A stretch of DNA of 63,873 bases, counting the filler, from Piptocephalis cylindrospora (Eukaryota): the NCBI GenBank assembly GCA_003614145.1. It is 3 parts of 3 records of this genome, joined end to end, with 100 filler letters (N's around TTAATTAATTAA, not from the genome) between each part and the next. Parts side by side here need not be neighbours in the genome. Positions count along the whole stretch, not along the records: positions 22,117 to 44,125 come from KZ987803.1; positions 44,226 to 63,873 come from KZ987818.1; 1 more part is not named here. One strand, given 5' to 3'. A program made the translations under genes and the position numbers. Under the pieces are notes generated by a model. It was not told where the DNA came from. It made no database searches and was given only the letters and a program-made list of their open reading frames with translations. Shown here in pieces: positions 37,620 to 47,734 of the stretch (position 1 is its first letter; each line of letters starts with the position of its first letter).

Positions 37620-38667
37620 TAGAATGGTTCGTGGCGAAGTTTAAGAGTCATGAAAGGGGAGTAGGAAAGTCGATAAAGATCAAGGGTTTCGAAGCTGACT
37701 AATAACTTTTCTACCTCGGTTTTATACCCTGAGCATTGATAATACGCTTGACATTTTTGTAAGAAAAAATGCCGCGGACAAAAACCCATTGGTCTTGGCC
37801 GATAGTCACATTCCACCTGCTTACACAAGAACGGGGGATACCACGTGGTTAGCATACCCCGATTTGAAGAGGTCTGGCTGCTCTCAGCGTACATTAGAAG
37901 TGGCTGGGATTGCGATCCGCCATTCATTCTACATCCCAGTCTATAGATTTGCTTGTGGCGAAGGAAGAATGCAATGCATCAATCATCTGTCTCTACTGAG
38001 CTCGGACACCTATGAATGTAAATCGTTTAGGTCGCTTTTCCCTCCTTACGATTAGTGGTCATCTGCCCCTCGAACTATGGATATGGAATGGATTCATCCG
38101 TTCATGCGGCCAAGCCATCCTAGCAATATGTGCTTAAGTGCCTTGGCTGATCTCGGAGTCAACGTTGCAAGGATAAATTCCAAATACTGATAATTTGTGA
38201 ATCAGCAAGATTAGATCAGCCCCATTCATGTCATCCCATCTCGACCCTCAGATTCCAACTCCGAACCATCAACAAACTCCGGCGTTATCGGACAAGCCTT
38301 GTCTCTCCAGTCATGCATAACAGATTGAATACATTTAGCCAAGACACTATTCTTTCCATTACTATTCCTTTCCTTTCCTCACAACTCCTCTCTCCCTCCT
38401 TTCACTGCCTCCCTCCCTTCTCTCCCACGGACACTCCTAAACTTAGAAACTCTACATCCCTTTTCTCTAAAAGGAATCTAGCTTATTCTAGGTGCAACTG
38501 TCTTTCCACCCATTGCCTCCCATCCTTTGATGGTCCCACCGTCCCAGATCCCCCCCTCTTTCCCTTCACGCATCCATCCTTCCTTCCTTCCGTAACGTTG
38601 CTAAAACCTCTTTGTCGTTGCTTTTTCCGTCCGCTCACCCAACCCTTTTGACACACACAACCTCTTC

Positions 38668-41359
38668 ATGACTTTATATGGCCTCATCATGATATACCCA
38701 AACATCCTGTCCCTCCTCGCCCTTCTCCTCCTGCCATGCTTCGATGCAGAGCCCTTTTTCGATCATGTGCCCGGCCACAACGCCCCTATGAATGATCGAG
38801 ATAAACTCACTCCCCTGATCGATCGGTATCCTGCTTCCGCCCTAACGCCCAGTCCCTATGGTTTTTCCCGATCCATCCCATCAGAATCGAACCATTTCCC
38901 TGGTCGACAGAACCCGCTCCACAGAGGTAGAGAAAATATATGGGAAAAGATGTATGAGGGTAGAAAGACTCGTGAGAGGGCTAGGCTGCATGAAGAAAAG
39001 CGAGAGCGGATAGAAAGACACAGACGTGCTGAGGAGAGGGAACAGGTCGAAAAGAACCCCTCCGAGGCTAAGTCATCCAAGAAGCCTCATCAAACCTCGA
39101 AGGTTTATCATGAGGAGTATGCCAAACCCCTGTCCTTGCCCGGTATGGATATCACGGCCCTCTTTCCAGTCGCTCCATTTGCTCCTCGGGATACGCTCAC
39201 TGATCCATGCGCCCAGCTTTCTCAGGCTCCAGAACCGACTCACGCCCTGGTCCTTGCGTGCTATGACCACTTCCTTCATGTCCCAGCCGCCTTTAACCTG
39301 ACTGTCCACTCCATCCTCGCCACCCTCCCGCTCTATGTATTCCTCGACACCGCTTCCTCCCCGCCCCCAGGGTCTCAGGTCAGGGCCTACAATCTCCCTC
39401 AGGTTGTTCAATCCCTCCTCGGCCGTTTATCCTGGCCATCAGCCCGTGCGGCCCTCGAAGCCCTGTCGGATGCGTTTATTCCGCTGAATGATGGTCATAC
39501 TACCTTCACCCCAAAATGCTTCCGCCGCATTGCCTATCGACAGCCCATCTACCCAATTGCCTCAGTGAACCCTCAGACCAACGATACTATTGTCCATGTA
39601 GGTGCCCTGTCGCACAAAGCTCCGGCCTCCTGGTCCTCCTTGCTTGGCGCAGAGATTGTCACCATTGACGGAGAACCCGCTACCTCCCATCTGTGGCATT
39701 ATGCCCAGAGGAACATTGGTTTCTTCAAGGACGCAGCCACCCGCTTCTCCCGTGTCTTCGCCTCTCTCACCTACCATGACGCCCAGTGGTACATTACCCC
39801 TGGTCTATGGGCAGATAGAACCCGTCCTCCCCGGGAAGGCGCCGTGACCTATGGTCTTCGACGGGCTGGAAGTACTGATACTGTGAAGAACATTACTATC
39901 CCTTGGAGTATTACTCTACCTAAGGATGGCTTCTCTTCGGCTGAAGACTACTGGACTCGATACTGCGCTGCCGAGGCCAACGTGACCGAGACTGTGGACA
40001 TTGTCTCTGAGGCTGAATCCGCCGCCTCCAGGAAAAGCCATCTTAGGGCTTCCTCTACCGCTGGGAGCATCGAGAGCAATGTGGTTTTACGAGGAAACAG
40101 GGTACAGACAGAAGGGTCAGATGGGCTTGGGGAAGGAGGATATGGGGACGATAAGGTTGAGGATCTCTCCTCCTCCCCCATTCCTAAGGCCCGACCAGAT
40201 CAACCTATCCTTGTCTCCAACAGCACTTTCTCCCAGACTCCTCTTTCTGCCGGACAAGATCGTATGCCCCGTAGGATGAACGATGGAAAGGAAAGGCCTG
40301 GTCTCCGAACCCCCGTGATACTCAGGGACACCATGGCTCTGTACATCATGTCCTCTGCCCCCCATGTTGGCATCCTGGTCATTTCTACCTTCACTGCCAA
40401 CCCTCTGGAGGAGCAATGGGCCTGGAGAAATAACCTAGCCCTGATTTTCCGGGAATTCTCCCGCCGTCGTCTCACCCATCTACTCCTTGAGCTTAGCTCC
40501 AATGGTGGAGGCAACGCATGCTTGGCCAACGAACTCCTCGGCGCCTTAACTCCTGGCACCTCCTCTTCTCGTGTCTTCCCCTCCCTCTCTCATCCTTTCT
40601 TAAAGGATACCAGAATCAGTCCGCTTTTGGATCGGTTGGTGCGTACGGCTCACACTAAGGACCTAAGCGGTTCCACCTTTTCCCCTAGCTATTATTCTGC
40701 TTATCCTTCCCACAAGCCCTTTTCCTCGGCCACAGCCCTACTGAGGCAACGAAAATCACGAGGACGAACCGATGCCGGAAAGTATACTCAGCTCTTCCAT
40801 GATAGCTGCCCCTTTCTCTCGGATAACCCTATTGCTTTAGCGGCCTCTGCCCTCTCCCTGCCTCCCCAAGCCATAGGCATTCTCAGCGATGGGATGTGTG
40901 CGAGCGCGTGTGGTCGCGTCATCATCTACACCCAGAGCGTTCATGGGATCAAGACCGCCGTCACCACTCCCATCCACAACATGCCTCGGTCACCTGTGGC
41001 CTTTCCAGCGTCCCAGGTGAGTGGGATTGGGTATGAGCAGGAAAGCAGAGAATGTTCCAATGCACTCACACCTCACAATCATCCACCCTTAGGTCTTTGA
41101 TGCAAAGAGCCTGCAAGCGGAGATCAGCCTACTGGGTTTACGCAGAGGTGGAATCATTCCGGGGAGGCTGCCCTTCCAGGCAAACTTTCGCTTCACTATC
41201 CGGGAAAGTCTGAGTATGTTAGGGGATGGTCAGGAGATTGGGAAGCCTCTAGAGTATCTTTGGGTCCCCTCTTACACCACAATACCTCTCCGTGCTGGTC
41301 AAAAGATGGGTGTGGGTGATGCTTGGGAGGGGGCGATCAAGGCCTTTGGGTGGATGTAG
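38668..41359 (+). CDS. Secreted S41-family (tail-specific/CPAF-like) serine peptidase; 2 exons
   Basis: Signal peptide (MIYPNILSLLALLLLPCFDA); LNDGHT, PDZ-like GAEIVTIDGEP, LLELSSNGGG, catalytic ILSDGMCASAC. Intron 41017-41092 adds an 88-aa exon ending at TAG 41359. Confidence 0.87.
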
Positions 41360-42694
41360 CCTGTTGTATGCACACATAAAATGATAACCCTATTGCATCA
41401 CTTGCATCCCCATGGTCAATCCTTACTATGACGGTGAAATGACCTTGCGTTCCAAAAGAGGAATTCAGGGCTGTAGAAACAAATGCGATTCCACTCTTCC
41501 CACAGATCATTTCTTGTCCAAAAGACGCCAAGCAAAGAGAGTCCTGTTAATAATACGTAACTCGCCCCTCTGCATCACCTTCCTTAGAAAGGAATGATCT
41601 CTCAGGAAATACACAAAGGAATCTGCGAAGCACTCCCACCTGGGCTCACACGACTCTGGAAATGAGGAAGGAGAGGAGATGTGGGAGGCGGACCCTGAAA
41701 TGAAGACCTAGGCCAAATCTACCGGAAATATCTTATCCCGGTCTATTGAACCAATCCTATCTTTCCAATGGCCAGGTTGACCCGGACAAATGAGCCCTTC
41801 CTATCATCGAAAATGGGCATGACATTCATCCTTTTGATGAGTATAAACCCCTCCGTATCCAATCACCAGATCATGGAAGATGGATAAGGTCCTTATCATT
41901 CCCTAGTATGAACGAAACCCTTGAATGATTCGCTCCTGGCGACGAACCTCGATGAATGTGTCTCTCAGGCTTGGCACAGTACTTTTTTTCTCTGACCTGG
42001 TTCATCACCCTCTCTCATGTCGCCGCCATCCCCTTCATACAAGCAAACACGTCCTGTCTCTCCTGTGTGTGTACTCCTCTCACTGTGGTCAATAAGTATC
42101 CCTCACCCACCTCATCTCACCCAAGCTGTGCCACATGTCGTCACCTTGGTGAGGAGACGATTATATCAAATAAGACATTTGGTTATCGCTGTCATCCACC
42201 AGATATGATAGGTAGTGATGAGGGCTAGAGCTTTCCCCTTCCGCCGCTCATTCAGGGTCCTCCCCCAGGCCCTTTCATTATCCTTCCTTGCACTGGCTCT
42301 TTGTTGTAATGATGAGGAAGGAGAAGGAGGTGGACTTGTAGGTCAGGAGATATAAATAGGACAAGCTTTCAAAGTTGCCGGATTTCGTCCATCCAGTTCC
42401 TCCCCCTTCACCGTTCCTCTCCTCGCCCACCATTTCCCCCGTCATATCCCTTGCTCTCTCCATTCCATTGTCGAACCGTGTGTAGCTTTTTCTCTCTACG
42501 CTCAGAAGGCAATCCTCATCTCGCCTAATCCCCAGCCCCCCAGCCCCACCACCCCTTCTCCACGACTTGATCTGGCCTTTCCCCCTCCATATCATCTGCT
42601 TGATCAGTTGCACGTGCATTTAAAGATCATTCGTCTGAACTGCATTCATTCATCACATCCACACCTCTCCCCACATTAGCCTCATCCTCCGGAC

Positions 42695-43501
42695 ATGGCC
42701 ATACCTCAAGCACTTCTTGCAGAATCCTTTTCTGCGCTATCAGCGGATCAACAGAGTATCTGTAGTGACTCTACACAATCCTCCTCCATTACCCAATACT
42801 CCACGATGGAGGGAGAAGAGGAGGACCCCAAGGCCAATTCATCACCTCGATCCTCCACCCTCTCGCTTACCCCTTCCTTCTCCTCCACCGACATCACTGC
42901 TACATCATCAGGCTCGTCGCGCCGCACCCTTACCATGGAGCTTCCGGTAATCCATTCAGGGTACCGGCCCTGCAAAGAGGAGATCAAGATGGACCCCCCC
43001 ATCCCAGTTAGTCTCCATCATCCCACTTCCACCATGGGTCCCGGGGGAAGGGGAGGAAGTCACAAGATACTAGGACCATCCCGGGAATCATCCTCCTTCC
43101 GTCGCTCCCCACCCCCATGGGGAGGGGAGACCATCATGGAGGAGAAGAGCGGAGTGTCCGATGAGAGGGAAATTCAAGTAGCTGATCGACCCGACCGATC
43201 CCACCGTCCTGTCAAGAGACCATCCCCTCTGGCGCAAGTAACCGACTCCCAGGGCACTACAAACCTGGCTGAGCCAGCCAGCCGATGCCAAATAAATCAC
43301 TCCCGGAACACAGGAAGTATTCATAGTCAAAGAAAGGAACGGGATATACATAAACTACAAGAAGTAATGGGGCGGATGAAGGTGGGCTTCCAAAGGGTCC
43401 TTCATGATGGCAAGGTACGCATTAATGTGTCCGGGTCCAAGCATGAAGAGGGACCCTCAGAGCACAGGATGTCCCGAGCCAAGGGAGTGACGGTCATGTA
43501 G
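42695..43501 (+). CDS. Hypothetical low-complexity S/T/P-rich protein, 268 aa
   Basis: ATG-initiated ORF after a pyrimidine-rich leader with TATAAA at ~42351; no recognisable domain. Confidence 0.55.
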   Translation: MAIPQALLAESFSALSADQQSICSDSTQSSSITQYSTMEGEEEDPKANSSPRSSTLSLTPSFSSTDITATSSGSSRRTLTMELPVIHSGYRPCKEEIKMDPPIPVSLHHPTSTMGPGGRGGSHKILGPSRESSSFRRSPPPWGGETIMEEKSGVSDEREIQVADRPDRSHRPVKRPSPLAQVTDSQGTTNLAEPASRCQINHSRNTGSIHSQRKERDIHKLQEVMGRMKVGFQRVLHDGKVRINVSGSKHEEGPSEHRMSRAKGVTVM

Positions 43502-44125
43502 AAGTGGGATGCCTGCTGTACAGTGCGAGGATAGCAGACGTGGATGACATCATTCCCTTTGTGTTTTTAATGAATGAACGAGAATTTCCATTTGATACTC
43601 CACGTGCACAATATCACTAATGAAAGATTATATATCTGCCTTCTCCTATACCTCTCCATCCCTTAGCTGTTTATACAAGTTAAAAAAGAGCCAATGTGAC
43701 CATCAGATGCTGTTTCCGTCCGGTATGTCCGCATTGTTGTGTTGGAAATGGAGATCTGAATTTCACGATGGAATTAGAAGGGCTTGAAATTTAGTCTTGG
43801 AAATCTTAATCAGGGTTTGGCTTTCTTTATCTTGAGGAATCTTGGATCGGCAAAATGGGACTTGGGGACGTGTTCTTAACTGGAATCAATTCTTATCAAA
43901 GGGTATCTTAATCAGGGGAGGGTTCGCGAGGGAGGTGGGGATGGAAAAATGGAGGGAAATTTGACATGTATTCTTCAGACTGATGCAAAAGGGATCGAAT
44001 GTCCGGCTACTTATACCTTTCGCCTTTACTAAAAGAAGACTCGGACGAGAGTAAGGGGGGGGGGAAGGGACGGTAAAGGAAGAAGGCGGTCTTTGTGAAG
44101 AAGACAAGGTGATTCTAGGGGCGGA

Positions 44126-44225
44126 NNNNNNNNNNNNNNNNNNNNNNNNNNNNNNNNNNNNNNNNNNNNTTAATTAATTAANNNNNNNNNNNNNNNNNNN
44201 NNNNNNNNNNNNNNNNNNNNNNNNN
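44126..44225. other. Artificial contig-joining linker (N44-TTAATTAATTAA-N44)
   Basis: Identical 100-nt structure to 22017-22116. Confidence 0.97.
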
Positions 44226-44936
44226 TCAGTACAAACACCTCAACGAGCCGGGCAAGGGAAAGAGAAGATGGGGGAGAGAACAAGGAAGAAGCCAGAGGAT
44301 GGGATGATCCTACCGCTCCCGTTCGTCCCTCATCTCTCTCCCATTCCCGCTCCCCTCCACCCACCGTACACTACACACACACACAAGCCTGGCTGTATAC
44401 GACATCCATCCTAGCATGTGATGCGTAATCTCCACAGTGTAGCTGAGAATATGTGTATTTTCTGTATGACAGCGTGAACATAGAAGATGGACATTAGTAA
44501 AGGAACCTGCCTTTCCTTGTATTGCCGGAGAGGGATCAGTGGGGAAGCAGTAGGGGGACATTGTACTGAGCGAAGGATAACGGCAGAGCGCATACACTTC
44601 ATCGAGAGGCGGGTATCCCTTACCCTTCTCAGCCAGCCGGTGAGAAAGAATGCCACATGAACGTTCAGCCTTGCTGCCTTTGTATATAGAATATAGAAAG
44701 AGATAAATGGGTTTATACATCTTTCGACATTTTGCCTCTTGCTAACAACGATTGGCGGTTCATATCCATGAGGAGTAAAGCTCCGCTATCTCTCTGTTTG
44801 ATAGCAGGCACCAGTTTATTCCTTCCTACCAGCATTTATCTAGGGCCCTTCCTCACCCTTTTCCTTATCCTCACGTGGCTTACTAGGGCTTGCCACCCTC
44901 ACCCTGCTCACTTGTTCTCTCTTTCCATCTGGCAGC

Positions 44937-44943
44937 TATAAAA
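44937..44943 (+). promoter_or_regulatory. Putative TATA box of the secreted precursor gene at 45137
   Basis: TATAAAA ~200 nt upstream of the ATG, followed by a CT-rich tract; the second gene has ATATAAG ~215 nt upstream in the same arrangement. Confidence 0.5.
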
Positions 44944-45136
44944 TCTTGCTCTTTCCCTCTCTAACCTCCCACTCGTCCCTCTTTCCTCCCCTTCTCCTCT
45001 CCCCAATTCCAACTCTACCCTTCCAGCTCCACCCTTCCAACGTTAGCCTTATCCGCTCCTTGACGATCCTTTTACCAGGTCTTACCCCTCTGCCTTTACG
45101 CGCCCCAACCCTACTCCTTACTCCATTCCTATCACC

Positions 45137-45664
45137 ATGAAGGTCTTTTCTACTCTTGCCCTTACGACCGTCCTAGCTCTGACTGCCACCTTCTCCAACG
45201 TCGAGGCTGCTCCCGCCCCCAAGCCCGGCGCCGGCAAGACGGCTCTTCTTCTTACTGCGGCTGGAGCTGGCCTTGCCACGGCTGCCTACTCTGGCAAAAT
45301 GTATCGAGCCAGCAAGAATAAGCCTCAAGTGACCAATGTTTTCAACCCGCCTACTCAGAATATCATGTACGCTCAGCCCCAGCAACAGCAGCTACCCTCG
45401 ACCCATGTGTACGTCTCGGCCCCTCCGAATACCCCGTCTACTCAGAACATCGTGTACACCCAGCAACCGCAGCAACCGCCTCAGAACGTCATGTACACCC
45501 AGCCTCAGCAACAGCAGCCACCCTCGACCCATGTGTACGTCTCGGCTCCGTACGCCCAGTCTGCTCAGACTGTCCCGACTTCTCAGCCTACGTACTATAC
45601 TACTACGCCCTCCGCTCCCTATTACGTTTCTGGCCAGCTGTACATCCCCGTTAGTGCTAGGTAA
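45137..45664 (+). CDS. Small secreted precursor, 175 aa: signal peptide, AP-AP-KP-GA pro-region, hydrophobic/cationic segment, Q/P/Y/T repeats
   Basis: MKVFSTLALTTVLALTATFSNVEA|APAPKPGA...; ACCATG start context; C/T-ending codon bias; internal duplicated repeats. Confidence 0.85.
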   Translation: MKVFSTLALTTVLALTATFSNVEAAPAPKPGAGKTALLLTAAGAGLATAAYSGKMYRASKNKPQVTNVFNPPTQNIMYAQPQQQQLPSTHVYVSAPPNTPSTQNIVYTQQPQQPPQNVMYTQPQQQQPPSTHVYVSAPYAQSAQTVPTSQPTYYTTTPSAPYYVSGQLYIPVSAR

Positions 45665-47006
45665 GACCTCCCAAGATAGTGACCCTCTGTTTCCAACACC
45701 TCGATCTTTTCGATACCAGGGCTACTCTGGCCGAGTGAGAAAATGTGTTGGGTGGGGGTCTTTGTGAGTGAGAAAGGTGATGAAAGTAGGTTCCCCAATA
45801 CATCTCCGATGAACGGTGCATTTAACAGCATGACCTGACCGCTCCTCAATGTGTTAACTGATCAGTGGAGAGTAATCCAATTGCGCGTATGCACCTTCTC
45901 TTTGTCATTTCTTCTTTTTCAAAAGGCTTATTTATCAGCTTTTATACATCCCGTTGTCATTTTGTTGCTTTGGGAATGGTCTGTCTTGTGTAGTGATTGC
46001 ACTGCTAGAGTCATCTAGGAAGCGCTATGACGGGATGGAGCTGCCTGAAGAGGCAATGGAAACTAATAAGAAGGGATATGCGGTTGTAACTCGTGTCTGG
46101 CCCAAGGTGGCCTCAGACCTCCTTTCCTCATTACCCCAAAGGGTGGGGGAAGACACATCTGGATCCTTGTACAGTTGCACGCTATTCTCTCGTTCCCCTG
46201 GTAGCACAATACTGTGACCTGTGCCGCGACCACGTTCTCCATATCCTTTTTCATCTGGGTGAGGTTCAACTCCATACTGTTCGAGCTCAAAACCAGTCTA
46301 TGACCCTTTTTGTGCAGGAAAATGGGGAAGTGAGTCTGGAGAAAGGTGGCCAATCCAATACTGACCGAGCATAGATGTCTGCTTTTCCCCATCTTTCCTA
46401 GAATAAAGCATAGCCATCTGTATAGAATTACGCTGAATGGAAAGCGATTAGAAGAGCTTTAAGATACTCAATCAGATCTGGGACACTTGCCGCCTTCCCT
46501 TCCAATAGACTGGGCGTCGTATTCCCCCAAACCAGCTTAGGCCCAGTCCTCCCCCTCATAACTTAATGAGTTATAGGACTATTACCGTTTACCTTCTCAA
46601 TCCGTTGGTTCAATTTGCCGTCTTATATCAATATTTCAAACTCCGATAAACTCCGGCCTTTTTGATTTAAGCTCCGACAAGTCAGGCGGGCTAGAGAGAG
46701 ATGGTGCCTCCACCGCCGCTCACTCCGCTATATCCTCCTCCGTCCCTATCTCCGCCCCATCGTGTCTTGTCTTGGCTTGTTGAGGTTGGCATATAAGGAG
46801 CTTACATATTTTGATCTTTCATCGTTTCTCCCCACCCTTTATCTCACACTACTCCCCTTTTAAGTCTTACTCTTTGCCAACCATCTACGGTGCCTTTGAA
46901 CTAAGCCTTGCCTCAACCTCTGACGATTCTCTTACCCAGCCTTTATCTCCACCTCTTCCCCCACCCATCGCCTTACTTGCCTTGCCCCCCTCCCTACGCG
47001 TACATC

Positions 47007-47447
47007 ATGAAGCTCTCCACCGCTCTTTCCCTTGTTGCCGTCACTGCCTTTGCCCTCGTTAGGTCTTCCGCTGAGGCTGCTCCTACTCCTACTCCTTCTC
47101 CCAAGCCTGCTCCGAGTCTCATTCTCGCGGGTATGGGTGCATATGCTATCCACGAGTACAAGAAAAACCAGAGGGAAAAAAAGGCCGCCCGATTTGGCCA
47201 GTCCTTCCAGAACAATAATGTCCCCCAGACCACCATCATTCATAACCCTGGCTACACCTACTCGACTGCTCCTGCCCCTGCCCCTAATGCTCAGGTCAAT
47301 TACGTTCAGATACAGCCCGCCAATACTTACACCTCGACTACTCCCGCTCCGGCCAACTACCCCATGACGCAGCCTATCTACACCTCGACTACTCCTGGCT
47401 CGGTCACCTATATCCAGCATCAGCCTGTCGTAGGCTACGCCTACTAA
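47007..47447 (+). CDS. Small secreted precursor, 146 aa, same architecture as 45137-45664
   Basis: First ATG at 47007: MKLSTALSLVAVTAFALVRSSAEA|APTPTPSPKPAP|SLILAGMGAYAIHEYKKNQREKK..., then a T/P/Y/Q-rich tail with repeated YTSTTP. Confidence 0.85.
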   Translation: MKLSTALSLVAVTAFALVRSSAEAAPTPTPSPKPAPSLILAGMGAYAIHEYKKNQREKKAARFGQSFQNNNVPQTTIIHNPGYTYSTAPAPAPNAQVNYVQIQPANTYTSTTPAPANYPMTQPIYTSTTPGSVTYIQHQPVVGYAY

Positions 47448-47734
47448 AAAACCCCTAGCCGGACCATCACTGAGTATAATGCCAACAGGAATCGCTAAAT
47501 CATCGGGAAATTCGTATCGTACTAACGGTAGCGACTCGCTGAATGGGGAGACTCCTTACTTTGGACGTGCTTAGGCATGTGTGCAGTAGTGCATGCATTA
47601 GCAAAGCATAATGAACTTTTTTCTACCTAATTTCTCCGTTGATGTATATTCAATTTACAATGAGTCAATGTATTTTGACTGACGGAAAGCGCCGCCTAGG
47701 AACAATTTACTCATAGAGGGTGATCATGGCCTAT

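Noticed and set aside
45352..45560. Repeat-spacer pattern resembling a CRISPR array
   Set aside because: In-frame coding repeats in a eukaryotic secreted protein; no unique spacers and no cas genes.
45954..46392. Short ORFs between the two secreted precursor genes as an immunity or processing factor
   Set aside because: No recognisable motif, codon bias or splice structure; cannot be supported.
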